Shown: positions 1 to 13,017 of the stretch, one piece after another | Position numbering within the stretch: position 1 is the first letter of the stretch | How the letters are laid out: each line of letters opens with the position of its first letter | Assembly (NCBI RefSeq): GCF_006345805.1 | Contig: NC_042997.1 | Location: 163,246,001 to 163,310,000, forward strand | Length of the DNA: 64,000 bases | Direction: 5' to 3' | From: Octopus sinensis | Taxonomy: Eukaryota | Notes under the pieces: generated by a model | Database searches by the model: none | What the model was told of the DNA's origin: nothing | The model's input: the letters and a program-made list of their open reading frames with translations, nothing else | Program-made: the position numbers and the translations under genes

Positions 1-680
1 TCTCACAATAGATATTGGTGAGTGGGAGAAATGGTGGTGGTTACAAGGTGTCATAGTGTACTCTCAAGACACAAGAAGGGGAGTATAAAAGAGAATATTG
101 GCAGAGGATCAGAAAGGGTGGGTGTATAATTTCTGTAGAGTGTGAGAGGAGAATTACAGATTGTTAGAGATGAGTGTAGAGGTGAATGTGGTAGATAGGA
201 TAAGGGTAGAGATGTGGTCAATGATAAATATCAGTATAGGCAGGAGGAAGGTGAAAGAATAGGAGTGACTCAGTAAGGAGGAGGTGATAAGTAGAAGTAC
301 AGGGAGAGAGGAGAGTAGTAGTGTAATACATCTATGGGCAGCTCAGATGATATGAAGATTTTGTATGAGATGAGAGTGGAAGTGGTGTGTGAGAGAGAGT
401 TGTACAGTGACTGAAATGGATGTCAGTGGTATGTAGGGATGGCTATAGTGAGTGGAATGCAAGGGGATGGGTGATGCTGCCCATAGCAGATATGACAGGG
501 TGATGAGAATGACAGCAAATAAGAGAGGGTGTTAAAGATAAGATAATAACATTCCTAAAATGCATTGCAGAGGTAACCAGTGGTAAAGAAAGGGGTAACT
601 GGTGGAAAATAAAGGGAGAAAGGATGATATTGAGAATGAGGGGTGGATTTAAAAAAGAAGCGATTCCAGGGAGATGGGAA
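1..680 (-). mobile_element. Highly degenerate purine-rich (+ strand) sequence, possibly an old LINE remnant
   Basis: Strong G/A strand bias, no intact ORF; similar texture at 3060-3750. Family not identifiable. Confidence 0.2.
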
Positions 681-685
681 AGTAA

Positions 686-780
686 CTGATAGCACATGCA
701 CACGTGCATTTGTGTGTGTGCATGTGCATGAGTGCATGCATGTGTGTGTATGTGTGTGCGTGCATGTGTGTGTGTATGAA
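686..780. repeat. (TG)n/TGCA compound microsatellite
   Basis: tgtgtgtgtgcatgtgcatg... runs seen directly. Confidence 0.85.
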
Positions 781-1926
781 CAACTATATAAATAAGTACC
801 TGCTTACATCAATGTATTCTTGCACAAACGTCAATGTGATATGCTAATAATGTCACATAAAAGTTATTCCCTCTTTGATCTACTAATTGAGAGTAAATAT
901 TTATCTTCACGGCAGCCTGTTTTCATGCCTCTTGCTAAACTATTTTTATTTCTTGACAACAAAGCTACACAGACTCTAAGCTGCATAACTATTAACTACT
1001 GCACATACTAATATAGTGCTGCTGGCTTGTCTTTATTATATTTTCCATGTTACCACATTGTCTTACAACATTAATATACCAATATACCAACTCAACAGTG
1101 TCCCTTGTTGATCAAGATAGCCATATATCACAAAGCCTTATGATCTCTGTCCCCACAATTTTGTATTTTTTTTTTTTTTGTATTTCTTATTATGTATTAC
1201 CTTTTTAGAAGTATTAAAAGGAGACTACGGTCAGCGGTACTGGATATTAATAGTTATCGCCAAGCTAATATGGCAGTCCAGAAATATAGGATGAATGTTG
1301 CCACTGATTAGCTCCGAGAGGCCATCGCCTCTAGCTAGCTATGTTACACACGAACCTGTGTCCCTTATAACCTTTGAACAAGGGAGGTCAGCTGCTTCCT
1401 CTTGCTGGTCAGGCATCTGCAGACTAGTTTAAGAGTATTATCTTTTTACTTTTCATATATTCCTACATCCTCTAAAAACAAAGTTATAATGTATTACATA
1501 TGTTGCAGGAAATTTCAGCAGTCACATCCAATGTCACGATTCACAAGAATATTACCCACATGATCAACAAAATCTGACCAATTATGATTTTTTATTTTTC
1601 ACTTATAAACACATACCTAAACACTTAACATGCAAAATACAAGAATATGACAGTTTCCTTCACTCAAACATCTAGTCAGGACTTGGCATTATATTAAAAC
1701 ATTTTCTTGTGCTTTTTCTGAAAGAAGTTATACAGACTGATTGTGCTTGCTCCACCATTAATTGACATCTGAAGATTAAAATCTTGAAAATCCGAGTAAT
1801 GGTTAGGGATAAGTTTCCAATAAAAAATCTACAATAAATATGGAGTATATTTTTTCCTCCTTGAGAAGGCAATTGTACTTTTAACACACAGACATACAAG
1901 CACACACACATGCATGCACATAAATA

Positions 1927-2928
1927 CAGGGTGCGGTGAAATGACCTGACACATTTGTAGGTTAAATAAAAGTGAAATAGGGAAAAGAACGAAAAATATG
2001 TTTTTATTTTTCAAACGCTTGTTTGAAACCAACCCATCCACATCCATGACAACTCATGCAAAGAAATGCAATGTAACCCTTTCTATGGTGTCCAAAGATG
2101 TGAACAGGAACCATGGCATGACTAGCTATGTTCGACAATGCTGTCACCACCTAACAGCCAAGGCCAAAGCAATCAGACCTGAGCGATGTCCAAAGCTTCT
2201 GTCATTTATCGAACATCAAGGTGCAGGAAAAACTCTTGTGTTTGTAGACAAGAAGTTCACTGTGGATGCTAAGGTGAATCACTGAAATTCTCAAGTGATT
2301 GCATACAACCCTTCTGATGTCCCTCTGCTTTTGAGACTAAGAATCCTGCCTCTGTGGTGGTATTTGGAGCTGTAGATGAAAGTGTCATGGATTCACACTT
2401 CATTGAATCTGGCTTGAAGATCGGCACAAAGGAGTATCTGGACATCCTGAAGAACTCTCTATGACTTTAGACTGAGCAGAAGTTTGGGCTTGACAATGTG
2501 GTGCTTATCCAAGATTTTGCACCATGCCATGAGTCAAAAGCAACACAGGCCTTCCTTGGTGAGAAGGTGCCATTTTTTTGTGAGGGCCAATATCTGGCCC
2601 AGTAATAGCCCAGATCTCAACCATCTCAATTACTTTTTATAAGACATACTTCAAGCAAGGACCAATGCTTCACCACACTCAAGTGTCAACAGTTTGAAGA
2701 CCTATATTATGCATATGACACGCAAAATCAAAAAGCTGTAGGTTGCGGCAGCTAAAAAAAATTTAGTTTTTGTGTGGAGGCAGTAATTGCTCAAATGGGC
2801 AGCCATATTGAGTGATAAATATTTTTGTTGTAATAAATGTTACATTAAAATTATATCTGTCTACTACCTTTTTTTATAACCAGTTTTATGCATTGTAAAA
2901 ATTGTCTCAATTTATCTGCAAGACTCTG
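1927..2928 (+). mobile_element. Decayed Tc1/mariner transposon, DD37D (maT-like)
   Basis: TA|CAGGGTGCGG left end; degenerate right end GACTCTG|TA. Transposase remnants LVFVDKKFTV, VLIQDFAPCH and WPSNSPDLNHLNY, with stops and frameshifts. Confidence 0.8.
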
Positions 2929-3059
2929 TAGGCCATATACTTCTGCAATTGTTATAGTTTTGGTATGGTTACCATGGCTGAATACCCTTCCTAATGTCAG
3001 TCGCTTTACAGAGTGTAGTGGAAGCTTTTCTGTGCCACCAGCACAACTGAGATCATCTT

Positions 3060-3750
3060 GCAACTAACTGGCAAGACTAATGAACCACCAATGACTGGAA
3101 TAAGAATATGAGAGATGTTGATTTTTAGCTAAAGGTGATAAGAGGTGAGATATGATGAAAGGAGCAGATTTATTATTGTGAAGGAGTAATATAGGGAGAA
3201 TAACTGAGTAGATACTGATGGGAGGGATGGAATGAAATGACAGGAAAAAGGCAAGGAAGTAGTATCAGGGATATGAGAGAGAGGGAGAGAGAGAGAGAGA
3301 GAGAGAGAGAAGGAAGGGGCATGGGGAGGGGGGAGAAGAATAGAAGGCTGATGGGATTGATTGTGTAAGAGGCATTTTGTGTTATCCCATGTTATAAGGG
3401 TGAATGTGGGTAGAAAGTGAGAGGAAGTGGGGGGGGTGAGATAAAGAAAGAGATGAGAGTAACAAGGATCTGGAGAGGTTGTGTGAAAGGGGACATTACA
3501 GACTAAGGGAGGAGTGAGAGAGCTGTAAGGGTGGTAGAAAAGGAAAGATGAGAAAGTGTTAAGTTGGTAGATAAGCTGTGAGAAGCTGGTGAGGGAAAGA
3601 CTGGCAGTGGGTGAATGTAGGAAGAGAAAAGAGAGCCTGCAGGGGACCACAGAGGTGGGGGGAAAATAGAGGTTGAATGCAGTTTAAAGCATCTCAAAAG
3701 AAAGAAAGGCAGGTGAAAGCAATAAACTGATGCATTGAAAGCACCCTACC
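3060..3750 (-). mobile_element. Degenerate purine-rich LINE-like remnant containing a (GA)n run (about 3280-3310)
   Basis: Strand-biased composition; low-complexity ORF 3129-3650; weak endonuclease-like FTLITWDN motif only. Confidence 0.2.
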
Positions 3751-4106
3751 CATCTCCCCTTGTTAGTGTTCACACTGTTCAGCTTGCACCTAAAAGTGGG
3801 TTTTCTCAAATACAGTATGTCACCAATTGCTGCAATTCCCAGCCATCGCTTCTCTGAGGTTCAGCATCTTGAGATCAGATTTCATCTTTTTGTCCCATGT
3901 TGTTTTAAGTCTTCCTTTTCCACAAGGCTGATCAGCTTTAAACTCAGCCCTATTTTATGCAGCTGTCAGCATCCATACTCATTATATGTCCATATTAACA
4001 CAATTTTTTTTCTCTTGCAAGCTACATCAAATTCCTCTCATACACAGATTTTCTCTGTGGTCATTTGTACCGTGCTGACCATACACACTGATAATACAGT
4101 TCTATA

Positions 4107-4342
4107 AAGGCGGCGAGCTGGCAGAAACGTTAGCGCGCCGGGCGAAATGCTTAGCGGTATTTCGTCTGTCGTTATGTTCTGAATTCAAATTCCGCTGAGG
4201 TCGACTTTGCCTTTCATCCTTTCGGGGTCGATAAAAAAATACCAGTTTCGCACTGAGGTCGATGTAATCGACTTAATCCCTTTGTCTGTCCTTGTTTGTC
4301 CCTTCTATGTTTAGCCCCTTGTGGGCAGTAAAGAAATAAATT
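4107..4342 (+). mobile_element. tRNA-derived SINE (family A: aaggcggcgagctggcagaaacgttagc...aaagaaata)
   Basis: Multi-copy in window; 10-bp TSD CAGTTCTATA at 4097-4106 and 4343-4352. Confidence 0.85.
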
Positions 4343-4352
4343 CAGTTCTATA

Positions 4353-4520
4353 TTTAAGAGATAAGGAATTATGTACATTATTTACATTTGACGGATATTT
4401 GTCCTCATCTTGTTTGTTGTTAACACAACGTTTCGGTCGATATACCCCCCAGCCTTAGGAATGAGAACCCAAGTTCGAAATTTCCACCAAGACACCTGAT
4501 GAAAGTGTCTTGGGGAAACA
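4353..4520. mobile_element. Penelope-like terminal repeat fragment with internal inversion
   Basis: acaacgtttcgg...atataccc...agcctt on +, and acacCTGATGAaag after an inverted segment; resembles a PLE pseudo-LTR. Confidence 0.5.
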
Positions 4521-4594
4521 TACACACTAACTTTACATATACAGCACAAAATGTCCAACTTAATTTCTGTCTAGTCTTTATAAATCCCCTGCAC

Positions 4595-4861
4595 TCAGAT
4601 TTCGGGTCTCACTACCATGTAGCATTGTATTTGACACACAAGCATCAATCTGTCCTTTCTTGTCAACAGAGAGAATAACTCACTTAATTCAGCCCCAGTT
4701 CTTTCCCTGGTTACTATGTTTTCAAGATAACAGCTTCCACCGCAAATTATGTCGCGTAGGTAACAAAAGCTATTGACTACTTCTATAGAACCTTCTGAGC
4801 AGTTGAGAGAATTTACCTCCAGAGTGCTCTTCGTACTTAATATTCTGAGCACTTGCCACAT
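4595..4861 (-). mobile_element. RTE-clade LINE fragment (post-RT region)
   Basis: EGSIEVVNSFCYLRDII...ELSELFSLLTRK matches RTE LEVVDSFCYLGD...FRELLPLL-type motif. Confidence 0.7.
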
Positions 4862-6579
4862 ATGAAGGCTATCTATGCTATTAGCCTGTCTGTGATTCCA
4901 CTACACCTCTTGTGTGTCTACCGCTTACCACTACTGGTTGCACGCACGAAGTTTTTACCGACTTTTTTTCTGCATGCGAGCAAGGCCTTTTCCTAGTTGG
5001 TTATAGATTTTTGTCTTAAAATCATATATTCCCTCTATTTCATATATCGAGTGTGTTTGGGGGAGTGGATCGTACGCTACATCCGATCACCCCACATATA
5101 TACACATGCTCTCTGTGTGCGCGCATGTTTACATTTTAAACTATGAAAAATACGCGGATATAAAACATTACATAACAGGTTCAAATATATTTTTAAAGCC
5201 TTGATTCCCTTCATTAAAAACAAACATGTAATCATTATTTAACCCAAAGTTAATCAACATTCAATAAAAGATAATTTACACTACTTATAGAGCCAAATTT
5301 AATATAATTCTTAGTCATTAAACCCTGCGTCAGTTTCGATCGAGTAGACTTGTTATAGAAGACGTTCCACCTTTTCTGTTAGTCATAGTTAGGACAACAT
5401 TTATCTTCTGTATCTTTGTATCTATATTGTGTACTGGGAATGAGATTAGGCGGCTATTTCTACGAAATCGAGAGATAATACTCGTTGGATCGTTTAGAGT
5501 TAAATTTATCAGCTACAGATTCTACCAAAGATTTAGAATTCACAAAACAACCAATTCATAACAAACAGGTTCAGTGACTTAGAAATGAAATAAACTTCTA
5601 AAACAAAATTAAAAATGAACGCTACTATGACATCACTGATCAGGTGGTTAAAAATCTCTTCAAAGTTTTTTAAAAAAGTTTTGAAACAATTTAGTGTGTA
5701 AAAAATATATAATATCGGAGTTGTAATAGTAAGTGAAATGCGTAAAAGAGATGTAAATTAATGAAAATATGCATCACCGAGATGTAAATGTGAACAAAGG
5801 GACGCTACTCTTACTTTTTTTCTTTAACCATCTTCGTAGTTTTTTCCTTTCGTTTCGAAGCAAAAAATTTAAAACAAGGAAAAATATAACAGATGAGTTT
5901 TCACAGAACGTAAAAAGCTGAAGCTGTCCAAGTTAACAGAATATTAGACTGCCATCAGATGGGTCGATTGTTCGTATCACGTTACTGGAGCTATTTCATG
6001 CCAACTTCTAATGTAGTTTTCTCTCAAAAGCCCCAATGGCTAGGTAAGAATTACTATTGTAAAAAATGTCAGCACTGTCTAATTGATGAGTGTTTGATTG
6101 ATTTGTAGAACTGAATTTAAATTCTGAAATAGATGTATAGATGCGAGAGGGATTGGTTCTGTCAACTTGTTTAAGCCTACAAACGTGAAGTTGGAATCTT
6201 CAGTGATGTTCTCAACAGCCCAATAATGAATTAAGGAATCCACCAATGCTAATTGCATAAGACCCATGCAAGGATGAATAAGTGAGTCGATTTCAAAGGC
6301 ACAATTACAGAGCATTTATGTAAATAATAGCATTTGTGATATACAGATACATAAAATACGTTTGTGTTCTATGAGAAGAATTTAGTTCTGACTTTTCAGA
6401 TAGTATCATCTTGAATTGTATTATCTAAAATGCCCTCCTTTTCAAAATGGTAGGATATGATGTGAGGGAAATTTGGCTAATATTTCTCAATGAATGAAGC
6501 ATTTACATAGAGGCTCCTATTTTATTAATACTGTTCTGATTATTACTATGCTGATTACGGCATCAGTTGTTAGTTTTCG

Positions 6580-6800
6580 GAGCACTGCATCCTTCAAAAC
6601 TTCCATGCTACCTGAGATTCGCCAACACTACACCTAATTTTCCCCCCTCTATACACACGCAAGAATGTATCTGACTCATACACTGTTCGCTTTCCAGACA
6701 TTTGTACATTACTGCATATACTTTATATGCACTTTTGACAAGTTGTGGTGCACCTGAGCACTGTATACAATAATTTCCTAATTATTATCATTATTTTTAT
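6580..6800 (+). mobile_element. CR1-like LINE 3' end with (ATT)n tail
   Basis: Same sequence as the 3' end of the CR1 at 48740-49300 (-) and the fragment at 38100-38400 (-). Confidence 0.6.
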
Positions 6801-7389
6801 AATAGTCCAGCTAAGTGAAGTCATAGTCATGGCCAGTGCCAATGACACGTAAAAGGCACCCAGTACAGTTTGTGGAGTGGATGGCATTAGGAAGGGCAGT
6901 CAGCCATAGAAATCAAGCCAAACCAGATTGGAGCCAGGAGCAGCTCTCCAGTTCACCAGTACCACCTAAACTGTCTAATCCATGCTAAGCATGAAAAATG
7001 GTCATTAAATGATGATGAATAATAATAATGATTTATCACATTGGCACATGGTTACAAATTTAAAATAAGCAAAATTTCTGACTAAACAGGTAAGGGTTGG
7101 TAACAGGAAGAGTGTTTAGTCATAAACTGCTGCCCTGAATATATCCCCAAGCAATCCATGTTTGCATAGATAAATGGATGTTAAATGAAGAAAAGAACAA
7201 GAAAAGAATATGCCTAGTTAAGTGAATTAATCCAATAAAGTTATTGGATATTATTTTATCAACACCAGAGAAATGGTAAAAAAAAAATCTACTCAAGTAA
7301 GACATGAACTTGGAATGTGGGTGGACAAAACTAATTACTGCAAGGTGTTTAAATTTGACTATACAGTCTGGATTATTCTCATAGCTGAA

Positions 7390-7700
7390 GGTGTGTGGCG
7401 TTGTGCTTAGGGTATTCAACCCATGACTGTAAGGTCGTGAGTTCGATTCCTGGCAGCACATCAGGTCCTTGAGCAAGACACTTTATTTTACATTGCTCCA
7501 GTTAACTCAGCTGGCAAAAATGAGTAGTACCTGCAATTCAAAAGGCCAGCCTTATTACATTCAGTGTCATGCTGAATCTCCTTGAGAACAGTGTTAAGAA
7601 CATGCATGTCTGTGGAGTGCTCAGCCACTTGCACATCAAATTCTTGAGCAGGCTGTTCTATTGATGAGAACAACTGGAGCCCTCGTTGTCATAACTGACA
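7390..7700 (+). mobile_element. tRNA-derived SINE (family B)
   Basis: B-box-like gagttcgattcc; homologous copy at 35140-35445, partial copies at 17665-17750 and 26675-26880. Confidence 0.7.
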
Positions 7701-8233
7701 GACTGCTACTTAGCTTATTCCCATAGGCTGTGTGATTAAGAAGTTTGCTTTGCAGCTATATGGTTTCAATTTCAATCTCACTACACAGTACCTTCTGCAA
7801 ATATTTACTACCTTGGCTTCAGGTCTATAGGGGAACTACTCCCATTCTTGGGTGGTTGAATTAATATGTTGCCCAGTTTAATACTGCTACCTTTGAATAG
7901 CCTTAGTAGAGTCCACACTGTTGGAAGCATTCAAGCCAGTCAGTGGCCTGAGGTTAACTTCTCATCCGTCTCAGACACTTTAAAAAGTACATAGGCATTA
8001 CCCTTTCTCCTCTAAGTAGTAAGTGGGGGTGAGCAGGTGATCAATGAAAGTATGAGTGATAATCAGTATTAATGGATGAACATGTATGATTTAAATAAAA
8101 ATGAGCTAACAGTAGCCAGTAGCATGTGTATTGAACAACATAGACAAAAATGGATATGTCAAATACCATACAACATGGATTCTTGATTTATCAAAACTTT
8201 CTCTACCTCTAGAGGATGGGTTAAAGTTATTAA

Positions 8234-8451
8234 CCCTTTAGCATTCAAGTTACTCTGTCAAATGTAATGTTTATTTATTCACATTGTTTTGAATTAATTA
8301 TGCATTCTCATGGCTTGAAGATTTCAATGAAGTGATTGTTTATTTTTAGAATGATGTTGTAGAGCAGGTGTAAGAAACTAGATCTGACTGGTTTGATCAT
8401 AAAACAGGTACGATATTGAGACTGGATATGGCCAGTTTAATTGCCAAAGGG
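8234..8451. mobile_element. piggyBac-type MITE
   Basis: TTAA|CCCTTTAGCA...CCAAAGGG|TTAA; homologous copies at 19472-19690, about 52830-53000 and about 61732-61955. Confidence 0.75.
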
Positions 8452-9584
8452 TTAAATGGCAATTGTCATGTTAATAACACTTATTGAAGCAGAAATATGT
8501 GTTCACAATTGTCCTCTTATCTCCAGACAATAAAACCTCTCCTTTTCCTTAATGGTATGTCAATTCTGGAGAATTTTTGATTCTTGATAATATCTTTTCT
8601 TCTCCCAGGGAGCTGGTCTTGATTTCCATTTCATAATTGCAACCACATCCTCTTGAGACAGATATAATTTTAATAAATCAAGAATTGATGTTGCATGGTA
8701 TTTGATACACCTGTATTTGTGTGTCATGTATACATATCATACATGTATGTACATTTATTACATGGATTCTTGATTTGGAAGGGCATTCAGCTGTAAAAAT
8801 CATGCTAAAACTAACCTCACCTTTGCTTGTGCCACATAAAAAGCACTAAGTCCACTCTGTAGAGTGATTGGTGTTAGGAAGGGCATCCAGCCATAAAATC
8901 CCAGCCAAAACAGACACAGTAGCCTGGGGTAGTCTTTTAACTGGCCAGCTCCTGTCAACTGTCCTATCCATGTACGCATGGAAGACAGTCATTGAATGAT
9001 GATGATATATATTGATTAAAGAGGATCAATTAAACTCAGGACATATCAATGGCTACATCATTTCCTACTGTCTCTACCTGCGGCAGAATACACTCTAACA
9101 TGAGTTAGGTGCCTCCGTAGTATGAATCTGGGCATACCTCATGTTAGCTTAATCAGCCATACTCTTCCATGCTGGCTTAGGGCAAGTTGGAAGAGGGTAT
9201 TAATTTTGAAGTTTTCCTTCTCCTAGATTGATTGTTTTTACTGCAGCTAAGGAGTTCAATCTACTCTTACAAAAATCTATGTGACCCATACATGGGACCC
9301 TGACTGGTACTACCATTCTGGGTCAGGATGGACCTGGGAGTAATGGTAATTAAGGGGTGACTCCATGCTCTCCACAACTTCAGAACTTCCAAACTGAAGC
9401 CTTACCACCATATCCAGTTTAATGTTATACCCAAAACCAATGGCTATATAATAAAACACAAGCCAACAGGTAAACAATCCAGGAGGTCCACTGATGTTTG
9501 GTAATCTGCAACTTCTTGAATATCCAAAGTTGAAAACTTCAGCACAGTGTAAAATAACAATAAAAACATATGGATTATATGATA

Positions 9585-9845
9585 CATCATCATCATCTTA
9601 CATCTGCTCTCCATGCTTGCATGGGTTGGGTGGTTTGACAGGAGCTGGTTAGGCAGAAGACTGCATCAGACTTCTGTGTCTATTTTGACATGACTTTTAT
9701 GGCTGGATGCCCTTCCTAATACCAACCACCCAACAGAGTGGACTGAGTGCTTTTTATGTGATACCAGCACAAGCAAGGTCAGTTTTGGCATGGTTTTTAC
9801 AACTGGATGCCCATCCAAATGCTAACCACTTTACAGTGTGGACTG
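9585..9845 (-). mobile_element. (GAT)n-tailed RTE-related SINE/repeat (family C)
   Basis: catcatcatc...ccatgcttgcatgggttgg...ggctggatgcccttcctaa; more than 15 copies in window (e.g. 6825-7020, 8775-9005, 45485-45660, 46580-46760, 59190-59380). Confidence 0.75.
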
Positions 9846-11084
9846 GTACCGCTACGATTATTTCATTACGAGATTTTATCGCATTGTAAAACTGTGCAGG
9901 CAGGGATGTATGAAGTGCAGCAAAATACTGCAAAACACAACAGAGAGCCTCCCAACTCACCAGGCTGCACTATGTTGCATAAGAGCAAATATCAACATAT
10001 CAATGGACAGTGTAGCTTAATGACATGCAGTATCTAATAGATGTTGCACTCCCTACAATTTTCACAATGCAATAAAATCCCTTAATAAAATGATTGTATC
10101 GATACCAAATAATCCATATATATATATATCCGTTTGTTTGTGTTGCATGAATGAGAGAGGATTGCTCAAAGCATGTTGTAGAGGATTTGGCGTTTTTAAA
10201 ATTTTTTATTGAAAGTGAAACTAATAATTAATGCATTGAGCTTTTAAACTAGAGACAATAACAGTGGGGGGAAAACAAAGCAATACTTTGCTGCTGAAGT
10301 TATAATGCGATCACATGTCCAGACTTGTCTCCCGTACTAAACCTAAGTAATTAAAATCATATTGGTCAATAACTAATATTAGTTTTCTTCTACATGGATG
10401 TAAAAAGCGGTACAAACCAGGTATAAAGAGATGAAGAGGGTTGATGAAGCATACGTCCCTAAGTGAACTGCAATGTTCAAAGAGAATATTAATTTTTTTC
10501 TAATTGCATAAATTATTTCTAGTTGGATTAAACATTAACATAACGATCGTTTTCCGTCTATATGACATCGCTGAGTCACATACTTCCAACTCAATTCTTG
10601 TTTTCTACTTAAGTTAGTTTATAATATTGTACGTTTATGCAGTGAAGCTCCAGTCGCTAATTTGACAAGTACGGTGAAGTAAGTCTATACTTCGCTAATG
10701 AAGTCATATTGAGCCCAAAAAATGTCAGGAGTTGAACCCCTAAGTGTCGAAAGAATCAAAATAAGACTAATCTCTTACTTTGACACAAAGCCACAGATTA
10801 TGGGTGGGAGTATAATCGATTAAATCGAACCCAGTTGTTCATTAACACTCCAATGTTTTATCGAACCTGGAAGGATGTAAGGCAAATTTGACCTTGAAAG
10901 TAAGGCAGTAAATATAGATACTATAAAGAATTTTCTCAATACCGGACTGGGATTGTTTTCCTCACCGCATAATTATTTCTATAAGCTTTTAGATGTTTTC
11001 ATTAACTTAGCTATCGTGTCTCACATACATGACGTCTGTGTGTGAGAATATTTTAGCAGAGCTTTTGATCACTGTCTTTTTTCT

Positions 11085-11510
11085 TTGAAAAATTGAAATT
11101 TTACAAGCCAATTTTTTTTCAGAATCGTAATCTTCGTATTTTTCTACGTATTTCGCAAAAAAAAAGAAAAAAAAAAATTCCAGGAAAAGTGAAAATGCGA
11201 TTTTTAAAACATTTTTTCATAACCAAAACGTTACATTCCGTAAAAAAAGTCAATATATATCCATTTTACCGAAAGTTATGACGGAAAAATCAGATCTTGT
11301 GAATTTTCCGAAAGTCCTCTTCCCACCCTCCAGGGTCGTCAGCGCGCATTTTTTTTTTTTCATATTCATTTTCCACATACTTGTTAACACCCCCCTCCAT
11401 AGGCTGGTTATTATTATTTTTTTTGTTCCAGGGTGAAGATATTTATATCGACCCGAATTCCACGCTCTGAGAACTTTCAACAGCGTGGAATTCGGATTCT
11501 ACGATTTCGT
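11085..11510. mobile_element. Non-autonomous DNA-transposon-like fragment with a 14-bp hairpin
   Basis: Shares tcagaatc..t.atct.cgtatttttctacgtatttcgcaaaaaa with about 13905-13960; perfect inverted repeat at 11453-11495. Confidence 0.5.
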
Positions 11511-12961
11511 TTTATAATCTTCTTAGACTGAAAATTATTTAAAAGAAAAAAGAGAAAGAAAGAAAGAGAACAACACGAAAAGACAAGCGTTGTTAGGTAA
11601 ATAACACTAGGTGATGTTTGCGTCATAAACAACAAAATAACATGCTTCACCGCTAAAATTCTTTGTTGTGAATGGAGTAGAATGTTATAATTTAGTGCCA
11701 GGTGAGCTCTGAATGAGCAGACCTACAATCAAAGGCATTCCAGTAATGACCAACCTATCTTTCCTAGGACTACATTATCCGACTGTCCTGTCTTTTGTTT
11801 TCTAACACGGTAGGGCATGGTTGAAGGACATTTGATTGTTATTTCTAGCAAGACGATCCACCTCGAAGAAGCCCACCTAGTTATTTAAATCGGTGATTAT
11901 CATAGAATGTAAAGGACATTATATTTAGGCAGGAAGGATAGGGCAACATACAACTTCGTTAAAAGAAAATATTGTCTAACAATTGTTTACATTGAACAAG
12001 CCGGTGATATGAAGTCCATGTGATAAATGTATTTCCGGTAGAGAGTGCTTCCTGTTTGATCGCTGCTAGCAAGTCGTTTGTGTATTTATCTTTTCTCCAT
12101 CATGTTTTGTCTTCTTTCACATATTTATAGCTTTAAAATGCCGCTTTGCTTCTCGTCTACATTCTGTCAACAGCAACCGCTGTATCGTCATCTTGCATGG
12201 ATACCAACAACCGCAAATGAAGTGAAATAAAGTGAAGCAATCACTAAACGGGAACAATTCTACTTTCAACATAGGAAGGCGACCTCTAACAGAAACCAAT
12301 TATTTCTTACACACCTTCTTCTTACGTAAATATAGAGTTTTCTATGATTATTAATCCATATGTTTGTATTCTTAGATGTGGTATATTACTTTTATGCCAC
12401 GTAGGTATTTACTAAAATCTTCATGCTAACAGTTGACCTTTCATTTTATACATTCCACGTTCCTATCACCACCAGTTTCCGACCTGTTAAATGTGTTGTT
12501 AGTTTCAATATTCTGTTTCTGTTATTTTCTTAGGCTTCCCACAGCTTTACACATGTCATTCATTCATATCTATCTGTCGCCGTCCCATTTTTTGCCTCTT
12601 GGAATATTGAAAGTTATCGTTTCAATTTCTGCAAAATATTCTCAGCTTCGTCTAGTATAAAAAGAAAATATGGAAATATGTTATATTTTTTTTACGTTAG
12701 AGGACAACTATAGCTTGTTTTATTTATTCGTGTACAATGACAACCTGAATTGAGACTGAATTCAGCTACCCATAGATTTGCAGATACAATGATTATTTTT
12801 TTAAAGAAAAATATTTCATCCATTCATTTTTCTGTATTTCTTCACCTTGCACACTTGAAACTTCCCATTATTTTACCGTGTAATTTCCCATCATTTCTAA
12901 TTGTTGTTATCCATCATAATAATTTTGCTATGCCATTCCAAATATATATATATCTGTTAAG

Positions 12962-12964
<3 letters not shown>

Positions 12965-13014
<50 letters not shown>
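12965..13014. repeat. (TA)25 microsatellite
   Basis: Pure TA run. Confidence 0.95.

Positions 13015-13017
<3 letters not shown>

Noticed and set aside
1660-1770. Minus-strand acceptor ttcag|ATG... as an exon of a leftward gene
   Set aside because: Frames close within 25-31 codons and give no recognisable product
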